A stretch of 63,716 bases of DNA, filler included, from Guillardia theta CCMP2712 (Eukaryota; Protista; Cryptophyta), in NCBI RefSeq assembly GCF_000315625.1. It is 4 parts of 4 records of this genome, joined end to end, with 100 filler letters (N's around TTAATTAATTAA, not from the genome) between each part and the next. Parts side by side here need not be neighbours in the genome. Positions count along the whole stretch, not along the records: positions 31,555 to 58,142 come from NW_005434551.1; 3 more parts are not named here. The stretch is one strand, 5' to 3'. Below the pieces are notes generated by a model. It ran no database searches and was not told the origin of the DNA. It saw only the letters and a list, made by a program, of their open reading frames with translations. This document shows, in pieces, positions 40,603-52,532 of this stretch (the stretch's first letter is position 1; the number at the start of each line of letters is the position of its first letter). The translations under genes and the position numbers were made by a program.

Positions 40603-41133
40603 TTAGTGCTCCTGCAAGCAATTTCTTCGAGACGCTGTTCCGCAGATACCAAATGGTCTCTTAAGAGGATCATTCTTGCTACAAAGTGAACAACAGAAGG
40701 TAGTGTACAAACCCTTCCCATTGCCACTTCTACAGATCCTGCATCTCACTCTTTTCGACCGCTGTGCATTCACCCCTTGTGTACTTTGTTGGATGAAAAA
40801 TCGAGCGTGGTCGTCAACAAGCATGATCCAACGGCGCTTCTGCTTCATGACTGGCATCATCCACGCTGGTATCTGTGCTATCCTGTCCTCCTCTTCTTGG
40901 GATCGATGAATCTGGACAACCTTCGTACGAATTTCTCATGAACACCAGATGACTGGGGACTTCTTTTGGTGGCATTCCAACACGGAAAATCTTGTATGCA
41001 TCCACTTCAATGAACCCAAGTATCGTACAGAACATTCTGAATCTCCAGTCATGAGTTCCAACTTTTTCTTCTAGTCCCAGTCCACTCTGTCTGAGGTGAT
41101 TGTGCACATCGATCACAGATGCTCCGTTGAAAT
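40603..41133 (-). mobile_element. Decayed piggyBac-like transposase, 3' part (copy B)
   Basis: Near-identical to 32632..33162 with the same frameshift; homology stops abruptly at 41133. Confidence 0.72.
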
Positions 41134-41636
41134 GTCGTGAACTACAGCACGCAAGGGGGATATTCCATCTACAGCTTCGGGATCCACACAAATGACGCAT
41201 GGTTCAAGGAGATGATCTCACCCCTCATGCAACCAAAGTACGATTCGACCCACAGAATGCAAGGGAACCCAGACCTCCACAACCACAGGACCATCCTCGT
41301 CGAGATCATGCGGGGGTTTAACACCAACGTTTACATCGCATTCTATTTTAATGAGAAGCCGGTCATAGGCTTCATAGCGGACAAATACGAGGAATTCTCC
41401 TATTGTGCGTCTACGGCATGTCATAAGAAGACAGACATACGGTACATGATCAACTCATCCGCGTCTAGTACGAGAACGATACCCATGACACCCTACAGCC
41501 TGCGCATCGGGGAGGAGATGCTCGCAAGCATGATCTTCCTGGTACGGCACAGGGTCGCCAGCACGATAGCGCCTTACAGGTACTCGATTATCCTCGTCCA
41601 AAACAAACAGTACTTCGTCTCCATCCGAGTCCTGAG
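41134..41636 (+). other. Captured coding-like fragment of unknown identity replacing the transposase core
   Basis: Stop-free + frame with C-ending codon bias (YSIYSFGIHTNDAWFKEMISP…) and no start or stop of its own; right boundary approximate. Confidence 0.5.
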
Positions 41637-44233
41637 AACTTTTCCAGGTAACAGCCGACAAGACCATGGAATAGGAGACTGCCTTTGCATAACTAAAACA
41701 TCTGGATTTCCTTCAATTGTTTTCTCCACCACAACCGAAAGAACGTTATCACCCTTTTGAGGAAACGCTCGAAATTGAAAGAAGCATTGAGTGCAACCCT
41801 CTAACTCGAAAACATTCTCCGGTAAAATACCCGACTGTGACTCCTCCTCAGTGAACAATTCCGATGTCTCTGCCTCAGACATTGCAATCATTGCAGAGCA
41901 AACTCTGTCCCTGAAGGAAGTATCCGTACTTTTTCACTGTCAGGATGTGGTAGCACCCAGTTCTCGTCGTCAAAAGTAACTCGCACCAGAAATTCATCTC
42001 TGTCAACTTTGAAGACAGTGTTCGAGTCGTTCAACGGTTGCACCGTCGATCGGCCCTGTATGCCGTGCTGGCGACGTGGTGACGTGGAGAGAGAGTCTGA
42101 GCTTCCCAGGCTGATGCAGATGTTGCATTGCTGGGTAGTAGGTGTGGTGATCCTGCCGCCCGCCGCAGCACCGCTGGCACTGGGCGGCAGTCGTTCGAGT
42201 GCAGGCAGGGTGATGTTCTTCATCAGTGCCGACGGTTCAGAGCTATTGTGATGATTGATCGTCTAGAGTCAATTGCATCTTTCAAGCATTGGCCGCAAGT
42301 CAGTGATCTGACCGTGAGTCACTGAGTGTCGACTTCCGAAGTTCTGACCGGACTACACTACTGAGGATCATGGTGACCCGGCAGAAGCTGTCAAGTCCGA
42401 TCAGCCGCAGTGCAGTGAGCCTCGGAGTCAAGTTTCCGAACTTCGGAAGTAGGAAGGAGGGCTGGGAGTTGCCCGCCGGCCCGGCGAGTCACGTCAAGCG
42501 GAGGACCCTACCCGCCGCCGGGCCTATCGACTCCCGACGAGCGGTGGCAGGCACTGCGTAGCTGCTGCCGCCCCGCGGGTGAGTAATTATCTTATAACTT
42601 CATATGTTGAGATTTCCAGTGGAACTCTCTCCCCACACGAAGTAGACAGTGATGAAGTATCTGTACGGTGATGATACTTCAATGTGCGATCACCGATGGC
42701 CGCGCAGGAATAATATCAGGATTCAGAGAAGTAACAGAGGTGATAAGGGATTGGTACAGATGTACAAGCTTGTTTACTTCAAGCAACCGTCCAGTCTCAC
42801 AGAGACCGTTCACCTCCGATTCATTCTCCTCAGTTTCCCTTTCCTGCAAATGCGAGCGGCCCTTCGGGCCTGTCACTTGCTGTCCTGTCGTAGACTGATA
42901 TGAGTTGACTCGCTTATCACCTGCTGCCATCCATGGGTCCTAAGTTCTTGCTGTCTTCTTCGTGATGCTCCTACGTCGTCCCTATTGTAGCTGTTGCTGC
43001 CCTTTCAGTGCGCTCAGTGTGCACAGACTCCACCGTGACATGACCTGACTGTGAGGTGAGGCCCTTCTGATCAGTTGCCTCAACAGAGTTGGCCGGGCCC
43101 CGGCCCCCCCGTTGAACTTCCGGGGCCCGGGCCTACTCAAGCCGAGTCAACTTGCCTTGCAAGTTGCGGCCGCTGGCCGGGCTCCCCGCCGCCGGCCGGG
43201 CGCCCGTGACGCCGGATCCGATCACTGACTACTTTTTTTTTTCCGAGTCAATCATGGCATGTTCAGAAACACGAAAGGTGTTACATTATTTGACTTCATC
43301 AAAGTTTTAAAATAAAGAGAACAAGTTCAATTCATTTTAAATGTTTACAGTACCCGACGACCCCGATCCCTTGCAACAACTACCCCCACTCACAACAGGC
43401 AAATTCACCCCTGCTTCTCTATTTGGACCCCCCACCCCTTCGCTGTAGAGGTTCTAATAATAATTGTGTACTACCCGGTATCTTTAATAATAAAACGAGG
43501 GACGCAATGGTCAGCAAGTCAACAGACTACCCCACCCCGTTTTGAAACACCCCTTCTCGTATCACTCCCTACTTTGACCAGAATATCCCACCACCCCTCC
43601 GGTAATACGATCCCGTCAGCTTCGTTTGTACTTCTCCACCCTCACTGTAAAGGACGTAGGACTACCCCACCCGCACTAGTCCCTTGAATACTACCCCTAG
43701 ACAAGTACCCCTTGACTTCCGATTTGGTGGATACTGCGGTAGCTTTGTATGGCATTGAAAACAGGGGAACAATGGATGAGACGAGTATGAGCAAAGAGAT
43801 ATGTGTGAGGCAGAAGAAGGAGAGGTTCAGAGAGTAAGTTGACGACAATTCTGCAGACAAGGAGAGAGGAGAAGGAAGGAAAATGTGAAGCGCTGCAGAA
43901 GATTTTAAAAACAAACAGTCAAAAACTGGCGGAGGTGAAGTAGGAAGGAAGAATGTGACGTATTCAGAATGAAAGTGAGTAGAGGGAGCAAAAGTGCAGC
44001 CAGATCAAAGGTAGACAAAAGGCGGAATCTGGACACCGGAATAAACAACTTTCGCTGTAGGTTAACGAGGATTGAAAGAGCACTAACACCAACAAGCTGG
44101 TAGAGTCGCTCGATACATGTTTCTTAGTTTTTGAAATTGAAGCACTTACTTGCTATTTCTTTGATCCACTTAACGACTCTTTTTGAACATGAAAACCCAT
44201 GAAGACCAAGAGCTTACACACGTTTTTATCTAG

Positions 44234-45635
44234 ATGGAGCGACAACCTGTGAGTTTTGTGCATTCCTGCGACATCGACGGGGTCGAACAAGGGGCGAATT
44301 CGAACAATACCAATGGTCACAATTCATACGTCATTGCTGGTGGCGATATCAACATCACGAAGACTCCATCAATGGACGTTGAGTCCCGGATTTACGGCAA
44401 TGGGCTGCAGACTGTGATCGTGAGGGAGATGTCGGAAGACGAGAAAGCAAAACTCGCCAAGTTCCAAATAAGCTCTGAAATCAATGCAATGGATGAAGTA
44501 GAGAAACAGATAGAGAAGCTGTCCATGAAGAAAGCGCACACTGAGCCCCTAAAACTCTTCTTCCTGGGATGTATCGCTGGTTGGTGGGTAGGCCTCGCTG
44601 TTATCATCACGACAACTCTGTCCGGAGGGATCCCCAAAGAAGTGAGGGATGCATGGCCGATGCTCCCCAAGTTGTTTGTGGGCATATTCTTTCCTGCTGC
44701 TATCTGGTTTATCGTCATTTTCGGAGGAGAGCTTTTCACCGGCAATTCCATGTACATGATTGTTGGGCTGATCGCCAAGAGAGTAACGATCTGGGAGCTC
44801 CTGTACAACTGGAGCGTCGTCCTTGTCTCAAACTTCGCTGGCTGCGTTGCTACAGTCTACTTCTTTGGATATCTCACTGACCTCTTTGTGTCCGAGCCGA
44901 CCCACAGTTACATCACTCATGTTGCCGAGTACAAGGTTCACCTCAAGCCTGAAGTAGCCTTTCTCCGCGCCATTCCAGCCAACGCCCTCGTCTGCACGTG
45001 CATTCTTTTTGGAATGTCTGCCAAGGATATGACGGGCAAGTTGGTGCGTTTCATGTCTCTCTTGAGTTCGCTGCTTGACTCTCTTTGGCCTGCAGTTCGG
45101 CATGTGGTTTCCAATCTTCGTCTTTGCTGCAAGCGGCTTCGAGCACGCGATTGCAAACATGGCGTATGTTCCCCTTGGGTTGATGTACGGGGCGAATGCG
45201 GACTACAAGAATTGGCTGTACCAGAACTTATTGCTGGTCATTCTCGGAAATGTCGTGGGAGGGGGGCTGATTGTCGGGCTCTCCGACTACTACCTCTTTG
45301 ACTGGACGAAAGCCGTTCATCGCGTCAACGCTGCCGTGCTGTCGAAGCTCGGAGAACAAGAGTTCACCGAAGAAAATCTCCGCAAAGTCTTCGCCTCCTT
45401 TGACGAAGATGGCAATGGTACGATCGAGCGATCGGAGTTTGATCAGGCTCTCGCCAACATGGGGGTAAAGGCTCCTAGGGATCTCATCGACACCTTGTGG
45501 ACGAATTCAGACACAGACGGCAACGGCTGCTTGGACTTTGAGGAATTCTGCGACCTTCTCAGGAAAATGCGAGACTTTGAGAAGTATGGCCACGATGATG
45601 TGAGGTTTCAAAAGCCGGCAAACATGCAGGCTTGA
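44234..45635 (+). CDS. Formate/nitrite transporter (FNT family) with a C-terminal EF-hand pair, 449 aa
   Basis: FNT motifs GGELFTGN, AIPANALVC, SGFEHAIANM and LGNVVGG. Intron at 45044..45095 (52 nt, GT-AG). EF loops DEDGNGTIERSE and DTDGNGCLDFEE. Confidence 0.93.
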
Positions 45636-45765
45636 GATATGCAGTAGCGGCTTTGATAGCTGATCCGATGATTTTATATTCATCGTTTTGTGACATCCCT
45701 TTCGGGATTCATGCTTTTTTGCTTATGCTGATTTGATGTTTCCAACCTTAAATTTAGTTGCACAT

Positions 45766-48295
45766 TTAGAGAACAATATCTTCGAGATTGACTCCCTTGG
45801 TCTCTGGAACAAAGGCAAAGATAAAGATCCAGGAAGAGAGGATAAAGGAAGAGTAGCCGGCCAAGACGGCTGAACTGCCGAACTTCAGTTGTAGGAATGG
45901 AAACGAGTAGATCACAAGACAATTGGCCGTGTACTGAGCGCTCATCAGGAAGGACATGCCTGAACAACATGCTAGTCAACTTGCGTGTAGAGGACCCTCA
46001 TGCGTTGGCGACCTGTCGCTCGCGCATGTGTGGGGAGCAACTCGGAGGAGAGGATGGAGGGAATGGGGCCAAGGGAGACGGAGAAGAAAGCCTGATAACT
46101 GTGAAAGGAGAGATGAGGCTGCGACGGAGGAGCATAGTTGAACTCACGTGAGCAGAGCGAGCAGCGAGAGCAAAGAAGACAAGGACGAGCCTTTCAGCCT
46201 TTGGCTCATGGAGATCGACAAGAGCCCGAGAGAAGCAGACAGGAGCTGCTCAAACTCACATCAGCCCACTCACCTCCTCCTCCTCCTCCTCACCGGAACT
46301 ATTGTGAGGAGGATGGTGCGTCTTCCGTAGAGATCCATCAAGGGCATGATGAGGAAGATCATCTAATACACGCAGAGAGTCAAGTTGACAGCAAGAGTCT
46401 CAGCTGACTTGCAATCAGCTTTGGCGTGTAAACAGCAGCCGTCGCCAGCATAGCGAATGTCGCATCATGCGATCTCAGGCCGAGCCTGATCCAACGTCAC
46501 CATGAACCCTCAGCACAGGTCAATCGAGCCAACCACATGAAGAAATCGCGGATACGAGCGACAACGTTGCCCTCTTTGAGGATGGAGGGTGAGAAGCTGA
46601 TGATTGCATTGATCCCGCTGAACTGAAATACTGTGAGCTCGACGTCGGATCCGACGATAAGTACCTGCTGAATGACTTGTAACCCCAGACAGATCAGGAG
46701 CGCTTTCTGGATTCGCCTCTACAAGGTAGAGTGAGGGAGGCGAGTAAGCATGACAGGTGCACCGTGGTCATTTTGTCTCTCGGATGATGTTCCGACGCCT
46801 GTTGCTTCGTATATTTCTCGTTCTCTAGCCCCTGAAGATGAGTTGTAGGTGCTCAACTTTGAAAGACTCGAACTTACGTCTGCAAGGGCCTCCAGATCTC
46901 TGTGAATCTTGTCTTCGAATGTCGATTGCATGCCGGGCAGCACGATCAATTTCTTCCATCCTGCCTCCGGTCTCTTGGAGTGAATTGAAGGATCGTTTTC
47001 ATGAGAGGATGCAAAGAAATGCATGGCATCGTAGCATTCATTCCTGCGATCTGCTCGCGAGTCAATGTTCATCATCGATCTCAATGACTTCAAAGACACT
47101 TTGTCGAAGAAGCCATCTCGGAGAATCAAGAGAGGACAAGGAAAGTGCGAAGGCATACAACGCAAAGATAGCCTAAATGTGAGTCAATACCACAGAGGCG
47201 AATGTAGACTGGCTCACGTTGAACAGAAACAAAGTCTTGTAGGTATGACCATACGAGAATGCGATAGCGCTAACTATGTAAGAGATCTGCAATGATGATT
47301 CAGTGCTGTCATAACACAAGACGGCCTCAATCACTGAGATGCCCGACGACATGCCCATCTGAGGTAGCGACATGATGTACCCTCTCTTGGATGATGGTGA
47401 GCACTCTGCAGCATAGCTTGAAGACAGACATGTCAGCTGTCAGAAGCGTCGCACCAGGGAAATACGATCTCACATCGGGATGACTGTTCCGAATGTCCCG
47501 ATCGCCACACCCGACACAAACCTACCCAACACCACCTGATGCAAACTCGACGCTGTCGCCCCCAGGATGCAGCCGACGAAGCTCAATAGGGAAGCAGCAG
47601 ACAAAGTCTTCTGTCGACCAATCAGATCTGAGAAAGAGCTTCACCACGCTTGCAAGAACATGCCTGGAGGTAATCGCCTCATACCTGCTACTTTACCAGA
47701 AGTGCTGGATCCAAAGAAACTTCCCGCTGTTGCTGAGCTAGCGATCATTCCGAGGACTGCCGGCCGCTCCCCAAGCTCGAAGATCTTCTGAAGAGAAAGA
47801 AGAGCACCAGTGACGACTCCAGCCTCCAACCCCCACACTGTGCTGGACATCCCCACAACGGTGTCCAGGCGCGTTCGCTTCATCCTGTTGCCAGTTGGCC
47901 TCAGCTCATTCGCTCGGGTAACGTGAAGACTGCTCGTCGAATGCGTGTAGAGCAGCAGCAGAACAAGTAGAGCTTCTGCTATGTAGACGAAACAGTAAGA
48001 AACATCGACGGAATTTCTGCTGCTCCCGATCCCCACTGCTGCCTTTCTATCTGTACATCACCCATATCCCTCCTCCCCACTCCTCCCCTTCCCTCGCTCC
48101 CTCCCTCGCTCCCTCCCTACCTTCTCGTCCTCTCCTCCCCTTCACTTCCTCTCTCCTCCCTCACCTCGTCGGCATTTCGGCGGTCGCATCTCCTTCACTG
48201 CAAGTGCATTCTCCGACAATTTTACCCTCATCTCCGCTCTGTCCCACCACCGTTTGCTTCAACGGATGTAACCGCTCGCTATATCCGGACGTCAT
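45766..48295 (-). CDS. MFS sugar porter family transporter (multi-exon)
   Basis: Exons encode WGLEAGVVTGA, RGYIMSLPQMGMSSG, FSGINAIISFSPSIL and FVPETKGVNLEDI. Confidence 0.85.
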
Positions 48296-48868
48296 GCTCT
48301 TCGAAGGCCTGTGGATTCCCCAGGGTGGATGGCGGTAAGGAAGGAGAGGAAGAGGAAGAGGAAGCGGGAGAGGGAGCGGGAGAGGAAGAGGAAGCGGAAG
48401 TGGGAGAAGTTCAGAAAGAGGAAGGGAAAGGAAAGGAACGAAGGAGAGGAGATGGCAAGGAGACGATGCAGAGAAAGAGAGTGTTATGGAGAGAATGTTA
48501 TGGAGAGACAAAGAAATTAGAGGTGGTGGTTAGACGAGCCCGTTGATGTTGGTACAAAGAGACTGAGAGGAACAATTGTAACTCCATTAGACGATGTAAT
48601 GGTAGGTAGCGCAAGGTGAGGGACAGTAACAAGAAAGACTTGTTTGAGGAATAAAACAGAATTAGAGATGTCTTCAGAACAGAAGTTTGAGGTCAAGTAA
48701 GAATTTAGATATTGAATATGTTTGTATCTTTCTGTTGCTGAACTATTTAGCTCGCTTTTCTGCCTGAGCTGTCTTCAATATCCTACTTTCACTCCTTGCC
48801 GCATGAACAATACTCTCCTATCACTGCTACTGCTACTCCGGCAAGGCAGTATATGAGCAGATATTTGT

Positions 48869-50943
48869 TCAACATGTTTTGTTATGTTTTGTAAATAGTG
48901 TAGGGCGCAGCATGCAAAGAGTGATATAGTCCTCATTGTTTTGAACAAGGAGACTGAGAGGATCGATAGTCTCTTCGATTTCAGCGTTTCGACTTGACTC
49001 TGTCTTGTTGACTTTCCACTGCTCAGGCCTGTTCAGCCATCTCTGCAGCAACCAGCCCCGGCGATGAACATGATGACTTCATACAACCAAGTTCCGAACC
49101 AGACTTATGTACAACTCCCGCAAGCGGCAGTGAAGAGAGCTGTTCCTGCCGCTGCAGGCGCTGCCTTGTCGGTCGTGGGTGACGAGGTGAAATTGCGATT
49201 TTGACTCGTTTGCGCTGAGATTGACCGCTGCAATGACAGTCAACCGAGAAGGCGATCGCAAGGCGAACGGCGTTCCAGCTTGGCGCCATTATGGCATAAA
49301 TTAGCTTGTTTTACTCTCGCCCTGTTTGATATTCATCGTAAATTAGCTTCTCTGATTGATTGTTCCCAAGTTGTCAATCTTCTTCTTCAAGTTTTCAATC
49401 TTCTTCTTCGCTGCTGTCGTCCTCTAAACCTTTGAACATCCCGCTACCAACCTAGTTCAGGGCGTCATACATAATCCGCAGTCACAGATTCGGCTTCCAG
49501 TGTGACAATTACCTTTTTCCTTTTGTTGGCATTGGCCTCCGGAACCACCTGACAGGAGTCAGGAGGAGCATTTGATTCTTGTAGCGCTGCTCACCTTGCG
49601 TTTGATTCCTTCTTGGACAGCACTCGAAACCGCCTCACAGACCTGATCTTCAAGTAAGGTCAACAACATACTCATGGCTCAAGTCTCGACGTTTTTCGCT
49701 TCCAATTCAATCTACATAATTGTCAGAAGTATCACAGGGGGTCATGCGCTACTTTTGCTCGTTCTTGTTTCATCCTTTCATGCGATTTTTGCATTTCCGT
49801 TTTGCCAGCATCGATTTCCTGGAAGCCTTTCAGTTGAACTGAACACTCCAGTACAGCTCTCAACTCACCTCCTGCTTCTTTCTTTCCAACTCCAGCTCGC
49901 GATGCTTTTGCGCTTCCTCGTCCTGTCGTAGAGCAAGATCACTTCGAGGGCAGATGTCTTTGCCAAACAACGGAAACCGACCAGAATTTCGCCGCAATCT
50001 TTGACGAGAATCGAAACTGTTGGCCTGTCTCCCGAAGTTGTTTTGCAACTGTGCCGATCAGTGAGGGAAGAAGGGAGCCGAAGGAACAAGTAACACCGGC
50101 TGAGAGCCATGATAGTGTCCATCCCTTCGACCACTCTCCCGAAGACAACATGCCTGCCATCAAGCCATGGTGTTGCTTTGACAGTGATGAAAAACTGGTA
50201 CATACAGCTTGAGAAGGGGAAAGGTTTGTTTCACAACATACTTGGCTGTTGTTGGTATTGCTGCCGCAGTTAGCCATGGACAGAAGACCCTTGGTCGAAT
50301 GTTTGATGGCGAAGTTCTCGTCCTTGAACGAGTACCCGTAGATGCTCTCGCCGCCTGTACCATCTCCTTTCGTTATGTCTCCTCCTTGCAGCATGAAATC
50401 TGCCAGCGCACGTCACGAGTCCAGCAACGGCTGGCTGCAAGAAACCTGGGATGACGCGGTGGAAGCAGCTCCCCTTGTAGTGGAGGGCATTGCCGTCCTT
50501 TCCCTTGTGATTTCCCAAACATAGCGCTCTGAAGTTGTCGGAGGTCTTGGGAACCACGTCGTCGAACAGCTCGAAGATCACTCTCGCTGTGCTCCCGCCA
50601 TGGCTCAAGTCGAAGTAGACTTGAGGACGACGATGCTGTATCCCGTCTTTGGCTGGCGCGGTCTCCTGGAGATATTCGAGTTATCGCACGGTCCTCTCTC
50701 GCCGCGCAAGCGTCTATTCTAGCATGGTCATCTTGGCACAAGGGAGCTGATGGTGATGGGAACTTGCTGATGGTCTTCAATCTTGACTCATCTCCCACTC
50801 TCTGCCGCTGCACCTTACTTGCTACCTCCTCACTCTTCTCCTTCTCCTCCCCCTCCCCCTCCCCCCTCCCTCCCCCTCCCCCCTCCCCCTCCCCCCTCCC
50901 CCCTCCCCCTCCCCCCTCGCCTCCTTAGATCGCTCACCTCCAT
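48869..50943 (-). CDS. Cyclophilin-type peptidyl-prolyl isomerase with a basic C-terminal extension (multi-exon)
   Basis: VYFDL…[18 protein letters not shown]…[33 protein letters not shown]…FKDENF…[18 protein letters not shown]…[15 protein letters not shown]; ends approximate. Confidence 0.9.
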
Positions 50944-51746
50944 TTGGCCGGATCGGATCACCGGCGTCTGGGGCGGGGGCGGGAAATAATAGTGAAAAGA
51001 GCAGGAGAAAGGGGAGAGGGGAGGGCGAAGGGTGAAGGAGGAGGAGTGGAGATGGAAGGGGTGAAGTGATCGAAGAAGAGTCAGAGGTGATAGTAACAGC
51101 TAGAGAAAGAGACAGAGCAGAGGAGGCAGACGCATACTCTCAACAAGAGCATGCATTCGTGTCTCAGGAGAGAGCCACAGCATTGCGCGGAGAGCCTAGT
51201 AAACTGAGGTAATTCCTTGGACAGCCATCTTTGTTGCTATTGCCTGTTTCGATCGGCCAGTTTGCTGTATGTGTCACGTTCTACAGTATATCTGCTACCC
51301 TTCTCTTCCTCGTCCCTGTTGTCTTCAATGGTCTACCCTCTCTCTTCCTCTTGCGGTGATGGTGTCGGTGGACGCGTTCCCGTCTCTGTGGCGCCTAGGA
51401 GCCTTGAGAGGATCTTGGCCAGAGATTCTCTTCAGTGTGTAACTCTACAAGTATGATCCATTAGATACAGTATCACACGTTTAGACATCCTCTGGAGTTT
51501 TGGGTGAAATTGTAGAGGAAATCCTGACTTCGACTAGATCGTTCATGTCATCGTAAGAAATCAAGAGACATAAAGATATACAAGTCTTCAGAGCTCAGTG
51601 GTGATCGTCATTACTTGCTCCTGTCCTCAACTTTGTTGCAAACTACCCAGAGAATACGAAAAACTGCAGGTGTATGGACAGGGCGAGGGATCAATACAGA
51701 AAGAGTCAATACAGAAAGAGTCAAGGTTTCCCAGACAGCAAGTTTC

Positions 51747-52268
51747 TTACAATCGACTTAGAATCGACCAAGCAAGGAACCACGTTAAATATCCTACAGC
51801 TAGCACCGGCCACATGCCATAGCCCGATCGGGCAGTGGCGTTACATCCTAATGCGAACGCTAAGGTCGCCAGCACCCCCTTCACGACATTGTTCGTGTAT
51901 TCAATCAGAATCGTTGCCTTCTTTTGAGGATTCTGCTGAACCATCACCCATATACTCACCGGCGTCCCTGTTGGTGCTGTCGCAATGGCTGCAGCGACTG
52001 TGCTGAACTCCGACGCTAAGTTGACACCGACGATCACCAGGACACTGACCAATGCGCAAGGGATTATGAGAGGTCTCAAGAGAGAACTGCAACTGATATT
52101 TGGTTGCAACAATCTCACCTTATCAATGTAGGGATTGCAGTCGTCATGAACCATCCTGGCCCTGTAGTTTGGGCGACCTGTAACTCCTTTTTCAGCCACA
52201 CCACGTTTCTCGAGCACGAATAGAGTTTGAACCGATGTCAGAATGAAATCAACATAAAAAGTGTCCAA
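51747..52268 (-). CDS. Small multi-pass membrane protein, unknown function
   Basis: About four hydrophobic segments (IIPCALVSVLVIVGV…AAAIATAPTGTP…GVLATLAFALG…PVLAVGYLTWFLAW); 5' exon structure uncertain. Confidence 0.5.
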   Translation of the reverse strand: MDTFYVDFILTSVQTLFVLEKRGVAEKGVTGRPNYRARMVHDDCNPYIDKVRLLQPNISCSSLLRPLIIPCALVSVLVIVGVNLASEFSTVAAAIATAPTGTPVSIWVMVQQNPQKKATILIEYTNNVVKGVLATLAFALGCNATARSGYGMWPVLAVGYLTWFLAWSILSRL

Positions 52269-52389
52269 GCATCTAGGAAAGTTGGTTCACGTAAATCTTT
52301 GATAGCAAGTTCATCGAAGAACCACAATCATTCGAGCTCAGCGATCCGAGGAGGTCTTAAAATTGGATCTTTGATTGCACAAGACGACG

Positions 52390-52532
52390 ACCACAACAAC
52401 AACCACAACCACAACCACAACCACAACCACAACAACAACCACAACCACAACCACAACAACAACAACCACAACCACAACCACAACAACCACAACCACAACA
52501 ACAACAACCACAACCACAACCACAACCACAAC
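52390..52532. repeat. (AACCAC)n/(AAC)n compound microsatellite
   Basis: Direct inspection. Confidence 0.95.

Noticed and set aside
42640-42700. Box C/D snoRNA (GTGATGA motifs)
   Set aside because: No convincing D box with a terminal stem, and no guide complementarity I could identify.
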